NCBI RefSeq assembly: GCF_964204645.1
Contig: NC_134026.1
Coordinates: 10,749,950 to 10,813,949, forward strand
Length of the DNA stretch: 64,000 nucleotides
Direction of reading: 5' to 3'
Origin: Tubulanus polymorphus
Taxonomy: Eukaryota; Animalia; Nemertea
Shown here: piece after piece, positions 43,901-55,900 of the stretch
Layout of the letters: the number at the start of each line of letters is the position of its first letter
How positions within the stretch are numbered: the stretch's first letter is position 1
The notes under the pieces: generated by a model
Told to the model about the DNA's origin: nothing
Databases searched by the model: none
Seen by the model: only the letters and a program-made list of their open reading frames with translations
Program-made: the position numbers and the translations under genes

Positions 43901-46900
43901 ACACCTATGCCTGTCAATGAACAAAAATAATCAGATAGGGCTTTCAAAATTATTTGGAAAACCAGTTGCAGACAAAAATGGCAGAAAAAAGCAATCTCAT
44001 AAAGCAAATGATACAGCGAAAAAAAGCCAGCAATAGTGTATAGGCCTACATGAAATTGCATTTTTTAATGTTAGAAATATCAAATTAATTGATTTAAATT
44101 GATAGTGTTAGTGATTGGCAAGTGTCTGTTGATAATTGGTAGGCAGCCAGCTTAAGAACACATTATTGCTATTAGGCCACTCAAACTAAATTGTCTCTGC
44201 AAGTCTCTCTGTGAGTTCACCGCAAAAAGTTTTTCACCTTGTGTATATAAAATTTGTCTAATAGTCTAGATGCATCACGATGTGTTCAAAACGAAACAAT
44301 CCATCGAATAGGCCTATACACTACCAGCTTTACAACGGCAGTCGCTAGAATGATTGGCAGTAGTTTGGAAGGCAGCCAATTTCTTGGAAACTAAAACTAG
44401 GCCAAGCGTCTGAGGCACGTTTTCACACGATGCACACTGACTGCAGTACATTTAAATATAACCACTGATCACATGAACTACTATCGTTGATATCATACGA
44501 GATATTTCATAGCCGTCGCACGATTCTTACTAACAGTCGGGTGTGAAAGCTTATTTTGAAAGCCCTGACTGATTACTCGTGACTCGAGGGCGGACCTACG
44601 GCAAGTGATGAGGGCACAAGGGCGAGCATGGGACACATCTGAAGGGCACAAGGGCGGCTATTTTCGGGGGCGGGGCGGATAGCCCCTCCATTTTTGGCTA
44701 GATGAAGCACTGTATAATTTCATAATTATTTAAAGATTTGTTCATTAACACTTTTCAGTACGAAAACACATTATACTTTTGGAAAGGTTGAAAAATATCA
44801 AACAAGGAATACGTTGCAGAGATGTTGGATGGCGCAGTGGCTGATTGGTTTAAGCCGCCGGTCACTGGTCTCGTCAATCCAGGGTTTATGGGTTCAAACC
44901 CTGGTGGCGACAGAGTTTCTTTCTCGAAGGTTCTTCTCTGGTCTCTCCCCGATTGGGAAAAAGAAACATTGAACCTGCTTATAATGCCCTGTGTGGCGCT
45001 TAGCGGGTTGAGGGTGTTAAAAAAAAGAGATGTTGGATTTATTGACGGGCGTATGATTTTAAATATTGGATATCGGATATTTGAAAACCATTTCAACCAT
45101 TAGTCTACGATGAAATTCGCTTTCTCAAGATTAAATGATATCATAAAAATATTACAAACCAATGTTTGAAAAAGTGATCTAATTGAGCTTTTAAAAACGG
45201 TAAAAATATGAATTTATCGAAATAAAAAGCTCGTTGTTGAAGATGGCGCTAGCTAGCGCTGTGGATTGCTCGGATCAGCATTGCGGGTGAGGACGTTAGC
45301 GCTATTTGACGCTGTGGATCCGGTCCGTATGCAAGGACTAGTAGCTAAAGCTGCGCTGTTACCGGTATGCGAGCCACTTTTTTCGCTGGATCGCCTCTGT
45401 CCTGGCACTAATTTGCGCTAATTTTCGTTTCATGGTCCCCGTAGGGCGGGGACTTTCATTGACTGGTGCATTATGACCACCAGAAATCCAGTTTCACTAA
45501 ACGGATTGTGTAAAATAAAGGCAGTACCGGATCCGGTCACTGACTTTTGAACGCTATTTTGCCGGATATCGTCTCTAATTGGCTGATTTACTCTGCGCAT
45601 GCGCAGAGAGGTGCGCGACTTAGAAAATTTGAAGGAAGTGTGGAGAACAGAGTTTGAGAAAATAGGGAGAGACTCGAACACGGGCCTGTAAATTACTAGC
45701 GCAGCATCATCCCAATGGACCACCGAGCTCGCTAAAAACCACTGGAATTTTTTAACTACATATAGCCTCACCTTACCCTAACTCTATCCCTTGTTGTGAA
45801 AGGGAACCCTCTGGACCCTCTTCTCACCCTCTTGACACTAACCCTACCGAAACCTAGTCAGTAACCTGTCTGTGGTTTAGTTTCACGATTGGATATTTTC
45901 ACAAACCACAGTCAGGAATGGGAAGGTCATTTTTGTATGCAATCTTCGTGAGTCAATTTGACTCGCGAGTAATTTGTCTCCTAAGATATCCGTCTAATTT
46001 TTGTTGTAATCAACGCACAACAGATTCGTAGTTTGTTTGATACCTATAACACATCACTTGACGATCTTAATCAATGTGCAAATCGGCCATAAAGTGAGAG
46101 TAAATTAAGAAATCAACACTAATTCATATTTTTCTTCAACCAGAATTTATGATTTCATTATTTATTATGGAAAACATGAAGATTTGAAATATATATGGAA
46201 AAACCATTAAAAAAAAAATTGTCGTTTCATTTTGGAAGTTTTATATAAATCCTTGTAGGTCACCTTGTCTATCATGCCATATGTATGCAATACAGAGAAA
46301 TGGCGGTCTATGGCGGAATTTGTGGAGAAATTAATTGATTTCTCAAAATAATGTTGATTAATCGCTGGAAACATACATAAGATTGGATTAGGCCCTATTT
46401 CGAAAGGTACTGTGTTAGTTTGTGAATTAAGCCATTAATTATGCACTGAAGTGAATAGAAAGTATACTTTTGAAGTGTTACTTTTTTCAACTGTTTTGGC
46501 CCTTGTCATCCCTAATGTTGGTATAAGCCCATCCGATTATGAAAAGCTTACCACCAACGATTAGGTAACTAACTCATCGAAACCCTAACCCTAAACCCAA
46601 TAAAATGATTTTATTACATAATACATGGATCCGGCAAAATAGCGTTCAGAAGTCGGTGACCGGATCCGGCTAAATAATCACTTCCTAAAATAAACTCATT
46701 ACAAACCTCACACATTCGGTTTTTAGCTCCGCTGTGACCAACCAATTCGTTATGGTGATCCCTCATAGAGGACATCAAATTGGTAGCGACCTTACAAAGT
46801 TCATCCCCGCCTTTATGAAAACCACAGTCCGGAATTAAGACTATATTTCGGCACTTGCAAAAAGGGGACTATAAAAGTGTACTTCCACGTGCTCGCACCA

Positions 46901-49900
46901 TTGTCTACCACACTGATGTTTTGAAGTAACACGCCATATCCTGGGCGTATTATGGTTTCGGTCGGTAACGATCCCTGGATAAAAATCATAACTAGTGTTG
47001 TCCCTGAAAAAGTATAGGACACATTGTGAGTACAACGTAATTAGGAAATGGAACTACATCCGTCGTTTGTCCTTTTGCCTCCGAAATATCTCCAAGGGTG
47101 TTTTATCAATAAAACTATCTTCGAACTCCCATGTGCAATCTTTCATGCCACCTTCCATTTGACTAGGAATTGTTCATTTCCCCCTTATTAAAACGCGATT
47201 TCAAGATCTTTTCTACTGTAGGCCTATAAATATCATCTTCAAAATTATCCCCTGAATCATCGGAATCGGATTGATTCCCTTCATCCGCTTCGGTGTCAGG
47301 TAACGATTCGAATCACTAGGGTTGTGCACCTAGACACATCTTCTTTCCAAAAACTGGCCCTGTCAGATTCAAGATGGCCGACTGGCAGCCATTGTTGTTC
47401 GCCAAAATCAGCACTTTTTACACATTTTCGAAGTTTACAAGGGAAATTTGGAAGACACTTTGATCATTTACCTCGATCTTTCGATTATATTTGAATCTAC
47501 CAATGGCCTATCAGCATAAGAAAAATTGGGTCCATCTGACTCAAGATGGCCGTCCTATGACCTTTTTAGTGCCCAAAAATGTCAAATTTGGCCAGAATTC
47601 TAGGTCCTGGAGCTTCCTACTGGTTTGCCATTTCTCATTGCAATTTGTGATGGGTATTCTTTGTAAAGGGATGTTTTATACCTGAGACAGGTATTTTTGA
47701 TCTGCCAATTATGATGCAATTATGATGCAATTGGCGGCCATCTTGGTGTCATTAGTACTTATTTGTAGGTGGGAAAAAGTTTTTCGACATTATATTGATA
47801 CCTAAGCATATTTTGCTACAACAATGAATTAGAAAGTTGTAGCGTATAACGTGTTCTATGATTGGGGTGAGTTTCAAGTTCATTGTTTTTTGTATATGGC
47901 CACCAGGGGGCGTTGAATAATACAATATCTTAGTATTTCTATATTATATTTGTACCAATACATATTTTGTCACCGCAATCAATTGCAAAGTTGTATCTCA
48001 TGACATCTTCCATGATTATGGTGAGTTTTAAGGACATTAGTTAATGTATATGGTCACCAGGGGGCGTTGAATAGTAGAATAACCTGGTATTTCCTTATTA
48101 TATTGGTACCTAGGCATATTTTGTTACCATCAGCAATTGCAAAGTTGTAGTTCATGACATGTTCTATGAATATGGTGAGTAACAAGGTTATTGGGTTTTG
48201 AATATGGTCACCAGGGGGCGTTGAATAGTAGAATAACTTGTCAACCAGGCATTGTTTGTTATCACAATCAATTACAAAATCGTAGCTGCTGACATGTTTT
48301 ATGATTGTATTGAGTTTCAAGTAGTATACAAAATAGCGGTTCTGGCGCAGCCCGACCCCGGTTCTGGCGCAGCCCATCCTTACCCCGGTATACCGTGTTC
48401 CCTCTCAAAGCTTTATCTCCACCTAAATACCCTAAGAAGACAACCCCTGTGGACCGCGGTTCTGGCGCAGCCCATCCTTACCCCGGTATACCGTGTACCC
48501 TCGCATAGCTTTATCTCCACCTAAATACCCTAAGAAGACAACCCCTGTGGACCCCGGTTCTGGCGCAGCCCATCCTTACCCCGGTATACCGTGTACCCTC
48601 TCAAAGCTTTATCTCCACCTAAATACCCTAAGAAGACAACCCCTGTGGACCCCGGTTCTGGCGCAGCCCATCCTTACCCCAGTATACCGTGTACCCTCTC
48701 AAAGCTTTTTCTCCACCTAAATACCCTAAGAAGACAACCCCTGTGGACCATGGAAAACACGCCAAGGGGCCGGCAAACCCCCTCCGGCCCCTATAAACCA
48801 ACCGCTATAATGCACCTACAACAAAGTGTTATTTACATAGATATTTACAGTATATACAAGTATGTGAAACGCTCTGACCTGGAATTCACCTCTAAGCTGA
48901 CGCTATCAGCGGTGCGCTGCGACCTGATTGTCACTGATTGCGAAATAGCCTAGAAAGTTCTATGCTGACGCAGAAGCCGGCAAACAACCGAGACATCGGC
49001 AGGCAACCAGAGCCATGTCCCTTGGACATGGCCAGGCCCGGCCAACACACCAGGTGAAGCGCGTCTCGTGAAAGTCCTGGTTCACTCACCAAGGTGGATA
49101 TAGATTCTGCGTGGTCAGAAATGGACACAGATCTGATCTATCAAAACCTGGTGAGTGACATTAAAGCCAGGTTGCCGAAAACCCTGAAACAGCGGAAATG
49201 TGAATTACGGAAGACGCTGTTCAAGAATGAAGCCGGCTCGAAAGAATTCTTCGGCCTAGTGAGAAAAATCAGCAAACTCAACAAGGCAAATCGGTTCTTT
49301 ACAACAGCCAAGCAGATTATTACGGGTTCCCCGAGCAATCAAACGCTGGAGGATGCATTTCCGACTAAACGACGGGTGAAGGAATACTTCATGGACCTGT
49401 ATTCTAGTAAGCAGACCGGTCCTATTCCTAAGCCACCCGTCAAGAACGTTGCGTTCCCGTTCGATATGTCACCCATAACCGCAGCTGAAATCGAAAAAGC
49501 CTTGAAGAGCAGCAACCCAAAGTCCGCTCCAGGTCTAGACAGGATCAAATACGGACATCTCCGTCAGCACACCCATCGACTCGCGCGATTTTACAACGAC
49601 ATACTAGATACGGGAAGGCCACCTTCGAAAATCTCGGTGTGGTGCACCAGTGTTGTGACGCTTCTATTCAAGAAAGGGGACCGCCGGGATCCTGCTAACT
49701 ATCGTCTGATTGCGGTTACAAGCGTGATCTCGTGGCTCCTTCATCGGATAATGGCGAAACGCATAGAACGCCACGTCATTAGGAACGGATTCATCGACAC
49801 TGCCGTACAAAAAGGATTCGTGTCGGGTCTTCACGGGACACTGGAACATTCTGAATTATTAGAGACTAAAATCATCGAAGCCGAAAAAACTGAAAATGAC

Positions 49901-52900
49901 TCATTTGTGACTTTATTTGACCTTAAAAATGCATTCGGTTCAATCGAACACGAACTGGTAAGTGAAACGCTATCTGTCATTGGAATTCCCGCAAGTTGGT
50001 ATAGGTACCTAACGGCTCTGTATTCTCAAATTTCTAGCAAATTCAAAGGTCCTTGGGGCATGGTCGATATCCCCTACAAACGAGGGGTCTTTCAGGGTTG
50101 CCCTCTTAGCCCCCTAATTTTCATCCTGTGCGTAGAACCCCTCGTTAGAATACTGTCAACCGGGACATCCCTAGCCTATGCAGATGACACAACGCTGGAA
50201 ACAAAATCGGCAAAAGCCCACTTAGATATAACGTACGCGTTTAACAAAAAAGCCAAGGAAATGAACCTTGAACTCAGGCCGGACAAATGCGTTTCCCTGA
50301 GTGTTAGACGCGGATGAATTGAGCCATTCAAAAACGAGATAGAGGGCAAAGACACCGCGACCCTCACCGATTTGGACAGAACGTATCTAGGCAAAATTTT
50401 CAGTCCCAAGGGACAGGAAGGGGTGGGTGAAATTCTCCTCACAAAATTCAGGCAACGACTCGCAAACATAGATAACGCCGATATATAAAGCGGGACAAAG
50501 GTTCATATCGCTATAGACTATATGCTGAGAGCTGATTACCATGACCTCATGATCAACGACCTGTCTGATAATTGCTTGCAGTTAATCGACAGTGTCTTTG
50601 TAAACACGCTACATAAATGGGGTCACCGTCGATTGCTCACTTTTCGAGTACCGTCCACCGTATACCACTGGCTTCATGCATTGAAGGTCTACTTCCTTAT
50701 CACTTCTCCCGACGAAACAATCGTTGAAGTAGCCATCTCGAAATTCGAAAACAGCCATTATCTCGATCTCGCTTTCGAATCCCTCAACCATAAAAACTCG
50801 AAGGCGTTCATAAAACGCCACTACTTAGGAATATTCGCACACGCCACCCCCGACCCAGAAAAATTCCCCTGTAGCTCTAAGGCGTTTGACGTATTCGACA
50901 TCTATCCGGAGCATATACCCGAAGTGTATACAGACGGCTCGTGCATGAGAAACGGTGCAGACGAGGCTCGTGCGGGCTACGGCGTCTACTGGGGACCAGA
51001 CAGTCCCTTAAACACCTGTGGCGTCGTCTATCCACCTACCAACAACAGAGGTGAATTAACCGCGGTCGTCATGGCTCTCAATCAGGCCATCCAGCTTGGT
51101 ATTAACTCCTTGAAAATTTTCACCGACTCGAAATACGTTATAAACGGTATCACTGATTGGATCAAGACGTGGAAAGCCAGGTGCTGGAAAAACGTCAAAA
51201 ACCGCGATCTCTGGACACAACTGGATGGTCTGAATAACCGAGTCTCCGTATCTTTCAAATACGTCGGGGTTCACCAGGGGGTACACGGGAATGAGATGGC
51301 GGACCAACTAGCTAAATCGGGAGCAGCTCTCAATGGTAGTAATCCGGGGGTGACGTGTCTCTGTAAAACTCTAACGTTAACCTCCATCCAGCTTTTTTAT
51401 GATGGAAGCCCTGGCCTGCTCCCTGCCCTGCCTGATGAGGTCCTTTTTTGTAGCCTCGTCGATCGTGATCGACCCGTGTTTTTTACGAGCCTGTGACTTG
51501 ATATCCTGTTTCAAAGTCTGATAGTTCCTCTGTTCGGCTAGAATCAGCTTGAACTCGTCATCCGAAACAACTCCATCACTTATTGCCCTCGATACAAGAT
51601 CTGACACGGTGCTTAGTTTGGAAAAGGCTAACACTCGAATTTCGTCGTGCTTTTTAGCCTTGATCAGAAGCTTCCGACCGACTATCTTCCCAGACACGCC
51701 TAAGACACCTAGGACGGTCGCTACGGGGATGGTGATTATGTTTGTAAGCAAGCCAGCGGCTCCCGTAGCCGCGACTGCTATGCTAGCCGTCACGAAAGCC
51801 GCATCAAATCCATCTATGGTGTTTACCGCCCTTTTATACTTCTTGTAGAGCGCAGCGCGGGATTGTCCCTCGGACTCTAAAATTTTCTGGACTTCGCATA
51901 TTTTCTGCAGTTGGAAGTTCGACGCATCTTCGGTTGGAGCACTAGGCTCAGTTGGAACCATTGGGTAAAGTTAAGTGTCGCTATCCATGCTATATACTAT
52001 GCGGGAAAATGTCGAGCTCGATGTGGAGTGAAGCTATCGTAGCTATTGCTCGAGTAGCGGGCGATCTCGACGACTTGAAATTGATGACGTCGCCCTCGGC
52101 CAATTCGAGTGGTGGAGAGAACGTTTTGACCGCGGCTTGGAAGACTCCTTTACCTTGGGGTTTGATCGGGCCCTGTAAAAGCCGAGCCTCTTTCGTGATT
52201 TCTCCTTTTTCCACCCTGTTGACGGTCAGCACTACTGTGGTATTAGTTGTTAAGTCGCCACCGGAGAGGCTCATTTTTAGCACTCTCCCCCGACACATCA
52301 TCGTGTAGCCCGCGTACTGGGCTCGCGACCCATCACCGTACGAAAGTTCGTAACAGCCCTCACCAAGGGGTCCTTTTTCCTCGGCCCAAACGGTTGTCAC
52401 AGGTTTTGTGGTTGACTGTGTTTTCTCTAATCCCCTGTACAAGTTCATCTCTATTCTAATGCGAGCAAAATTTGGAGTGGTTCCTGGAATCGAATCTCCT
52501 CCATGTCCCGATTGAAAACCTTGACCACTACGTCGACGAAGCCGCCTTCCTTAATTGGTATCGGTACCCCGTAAACGTACTCGAATTAGTCGCCGTATTG
52601 ACCTGCTTTCAGATGTAAAATGGCGATCAGGTCCGAGGGCACCCCGTTTAGGAAGTTTCTCGATTCGTCAACGAGATTGCATGTTACGCGGTATTCCGTA
52701 TGCCTGGTAAACCTACATTCTTTCGTACCCCTTATGCTAACCTCTTTACCTTCGACGTTTGGGTAATATCCTTCCGGGACTCCCAACAGATCGGTGATGG
52801 AGCCGCTGAAGAGCACTCGGTACGGTTTTTTGACGTTGAGTTCGATGCGCCCCCTCGCCTCCACGTAGGCTATGTTAATGAAGCCCAGTTTGTGACCGTT

Positions 52901-55900
52901 TCGGGTTATGACTCGCTGAATTTCGTCGTTCAAACTCTCAACCGTGTAAAGTCCATTCCTGATAATCAAGTTGAACACTTTTTGTTGGTGCTCGTCCACC
53001 TTTTCTCTGGTCATGTAGCGAAACCTGTGGTTGTTCATTTTGTCGGAAACGTTGAAGTAAGCCAGAGGAATGACAGCCCGTCTTAAGGCCACAGTTTTGA
53101 AGCCACCCGTGTCGAGATGCGTTTTTAGACGCACGGTCGGATCCTTACCGTAACAGTGGATGACTAACATCCTTCCTATATCTAACGCGAGAATTTCTTG
53201 CTCAGGACTTGGAAAGACAGACCGACTGCAGCGATAAACAACAACACCAAGTGCTCGGCCACGAATCCGACTGCTTCTCCGGCTTTCCTCAACAGGAAGC
53301 TAACCACCGTTCCGATCATTCCCGGCAACGCGGCAGCTCCTTTCCCTGCGAGATATTTAAGAAACGCCGCGAACTTTTTCAGAGCTTCTCGAATCCTGGA
53401 CTTGGGTTCTTTTCCCGGTCCAACCGGCGGACTGGGTGTTACTACGCTTTTGAGCCCGTTCGTGATTGCGAGCCCGATGCTCGTGATAGTCATAACGACG
53501 GCCGTGACAACGCTCACCAACATAATCCCTTCCTGTTTGAACAACTCCCGGATCTTTACGCCGAGGGGCCGATTATCTTCGTTCTTCAGAAGCCTCTTCA
53601 ACCTCTCGATCTGAGAAGTCTCCCCCTGCCGTAGAGCCTCGTAGGTCCGCCTGTATATTGCTTCCTGAGCTTCGAACCTTTCTACTTCGTCGTCCCAGTA
53701 TCGGATGTCTTGTTCGGACACCGCGTCATCGCGCTCTTTCTGAACCTTTTTTAGTTCTCGTTGGGCCCATTCCACGTTTACAGCTGCTGACTTAATTTTG
53801 CTGGACGTAGAAACCAAAGTGGTAGCTACCCCCCGGAGTTCACGTCTGTCTTCTGGTCTCAGCGGAGCCCTGTCGTCATTGACGATGTCCTCTATTTCCT
53901 GCTGCAAACTCAATTCGTTATCCACCGGCAATCGATCCACGATAGATGGTTCCAACGGGTCTCGTTCCATTCTCACTGGTCTGTCCGGGCCCAGAGCATG
54001 GAAAAACTCAGAGCCCCCTTTCGCTTTCGAGATGGTACTATGCGCGAGTACTTGTACCGGTAAGTTTCACCCGAACTGGATCACCGTTCAGTTCCGTCTG
54101 AAAGAACCAGGTATCGTCTTGTTTTCGTAGTTGCAGGCGCATCAGGGCTCGCTCCATGTCGTCCAGGTTACCGCCGAATTTACCGAGCAGCGAGTCGATG
54201 ATGCCGTCTTTTTCTCCCAGGTTTTCCATGGGAATGAGCTCGCCTACTGCGTCATCTTGAGGCTCCACGTCCCAGTCTATCGGATCAACGTCGAATTCCG
54301 CCATCGTCTATAATTAACCCAGGAATTTCTGCAAGAATCGGAAACATCGAACTCGTCCATTTGTTTTTGGATCCACTCCTCGTACGCTTCCCACAAATTC
54401 CAGTTTTGTGCCAAAGCAAATTTCGACACTGGTTCTTTCCCGAACTTACGTTCCGGCTTTCCATGTAGCTCGAGGATTCGGTTTAAGAAGAATCCGTAGG
54501 AAAGGAAGTTTTTCCGACGAGGGAACTTTTCGAGGAAGAGTTGATAGACGTCGGCGAAGCAATATCTGATCGTCGCGCATGTAGGAATGTCGAGAAACCC
54601 ACCGTCCAAACCGAGGTTTGATAGTCGTAATTCGCCGGAGGGATGTGGACTTGTTTCGGTTTCGGAACCTTTTTGATCTGCAACCGAAGAGGAGGGTTTA
54701 CGTAGTCTTCGAGTTCTCTCTCGAGCCTTTCGAGATCAAACTCCTTAGGCAATATACCGTAGGGGTCGTCCATAACTTACAGATACTTGTACGCGATGAC
54801 ACCGGTCAGAATTACACCGCCTAATATAATGGCGTACTCACTGTTCAATTGGGCGTCTGAAGGGGTATAGAAATCGCCTAGCACCGGCCGCTGGCTCAAA
54901 GATAATTTGTCGTTCCTGGTACTGTTGTAAAGCCTAAGGGCCTCATCGACGTCCGAAAAGTCGGATTTTGTCTGCATCTCTTTTTGCAGCTCCCTGTTGA
55001 GGTAGTCCAGTGTCTTTTGCCGTTTCTCGTTCCAGGTCACCATTGCCGCGTTCAATCGCTCCATAGCCTTTTCGTGCCTCTCTCGTTCTTGGGCAGCTCC
55101 GGAGTCGCCTTGTACCGCTCTATAGATTGCTTGGCCTCCAGTAAATGCCACAGCGTTCGCTATGGCACCGCCGATGATAACCGCTGCAGTTGCCATGATT
55201 AGGTCCCTATATTTGGGGGCAGAATTTTCGACTTCTCCAGGTTATCCTTGGAGATGGTTGCTAAAGAAACCGCAACGGTGAGTTTCATAGCTTCGGAAAG
55301 GTCAGCCTTGGAGGGATCACCCACATCGAAGCGTAGCATTTTCTTCCCGAGCAGCGCGTACCCTATGGTCAGTCCGCTTAGAACGGCCGAGTGATAAAGT
55401 ACATTTGCGATTGTTCGATAGTCTGGATTCGTTGCCATCGTGCTATATCTATCACCAGAAAATTTAGGTCATCTCCACAAGGCGACAATTTAAAGGTTCG
55501 GGTGTTGGTTCCGTGTTTTCTTCGGGTTTCGGGGTTTGGTTTAGCGCCATTCTCTGATAGTATAGAGCTCCGAGGCCCACTAACAACCCGCCTATCGCGA
55601 TCCACATTTGCAGGTGTTTTGACTAGGCTCTGTTTTCGTCGTCGGAACCGACAATCGGGGCAGCCGTTTTCTTCGAGGCTCGCTGCTGCCTACTAATTTC
55701 GGCAAGCTTTTTGCCCCATGCGACTCGACCAGGGGACTTTTGTTTATGCGGGTTAGTCGTCACTTGTTCCACTTGTTCAAGTTCCATCCCTATATGCAAG
55801 AGCGGAAAATACGACTTACGGGAAAGTGGACAAGTTACTTATCGGCAAGTGGACTAGTTACTTGCGGACAAGTCACTTTCCTCAGAATCTGCCATATTCT

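Noticed and set aside
44831-44910. Possible tRNA gene
   Set aside because: The cloverleaf is poor, and an extra body, A tail and 13-bp TSD identify it as a SINE.
46581-46600. AACCCT telomere-like motifs (also near 22907)
   Set aside because: Only 2-3 degenerate units within TIR elements; not a telomeric array.
48252-48953. ORFs in the left TIR and their mirror at 58767-59129
   Set aside because: Translations of the 98-bp tandem repeat with no coding signature.
49094-53170. Diversity-generating retroelement interpretation of the RT
   Set aside because: No template/variable repeat pair with adenine-specific mismatches was seen, and the RT motifs are non-LTR type.
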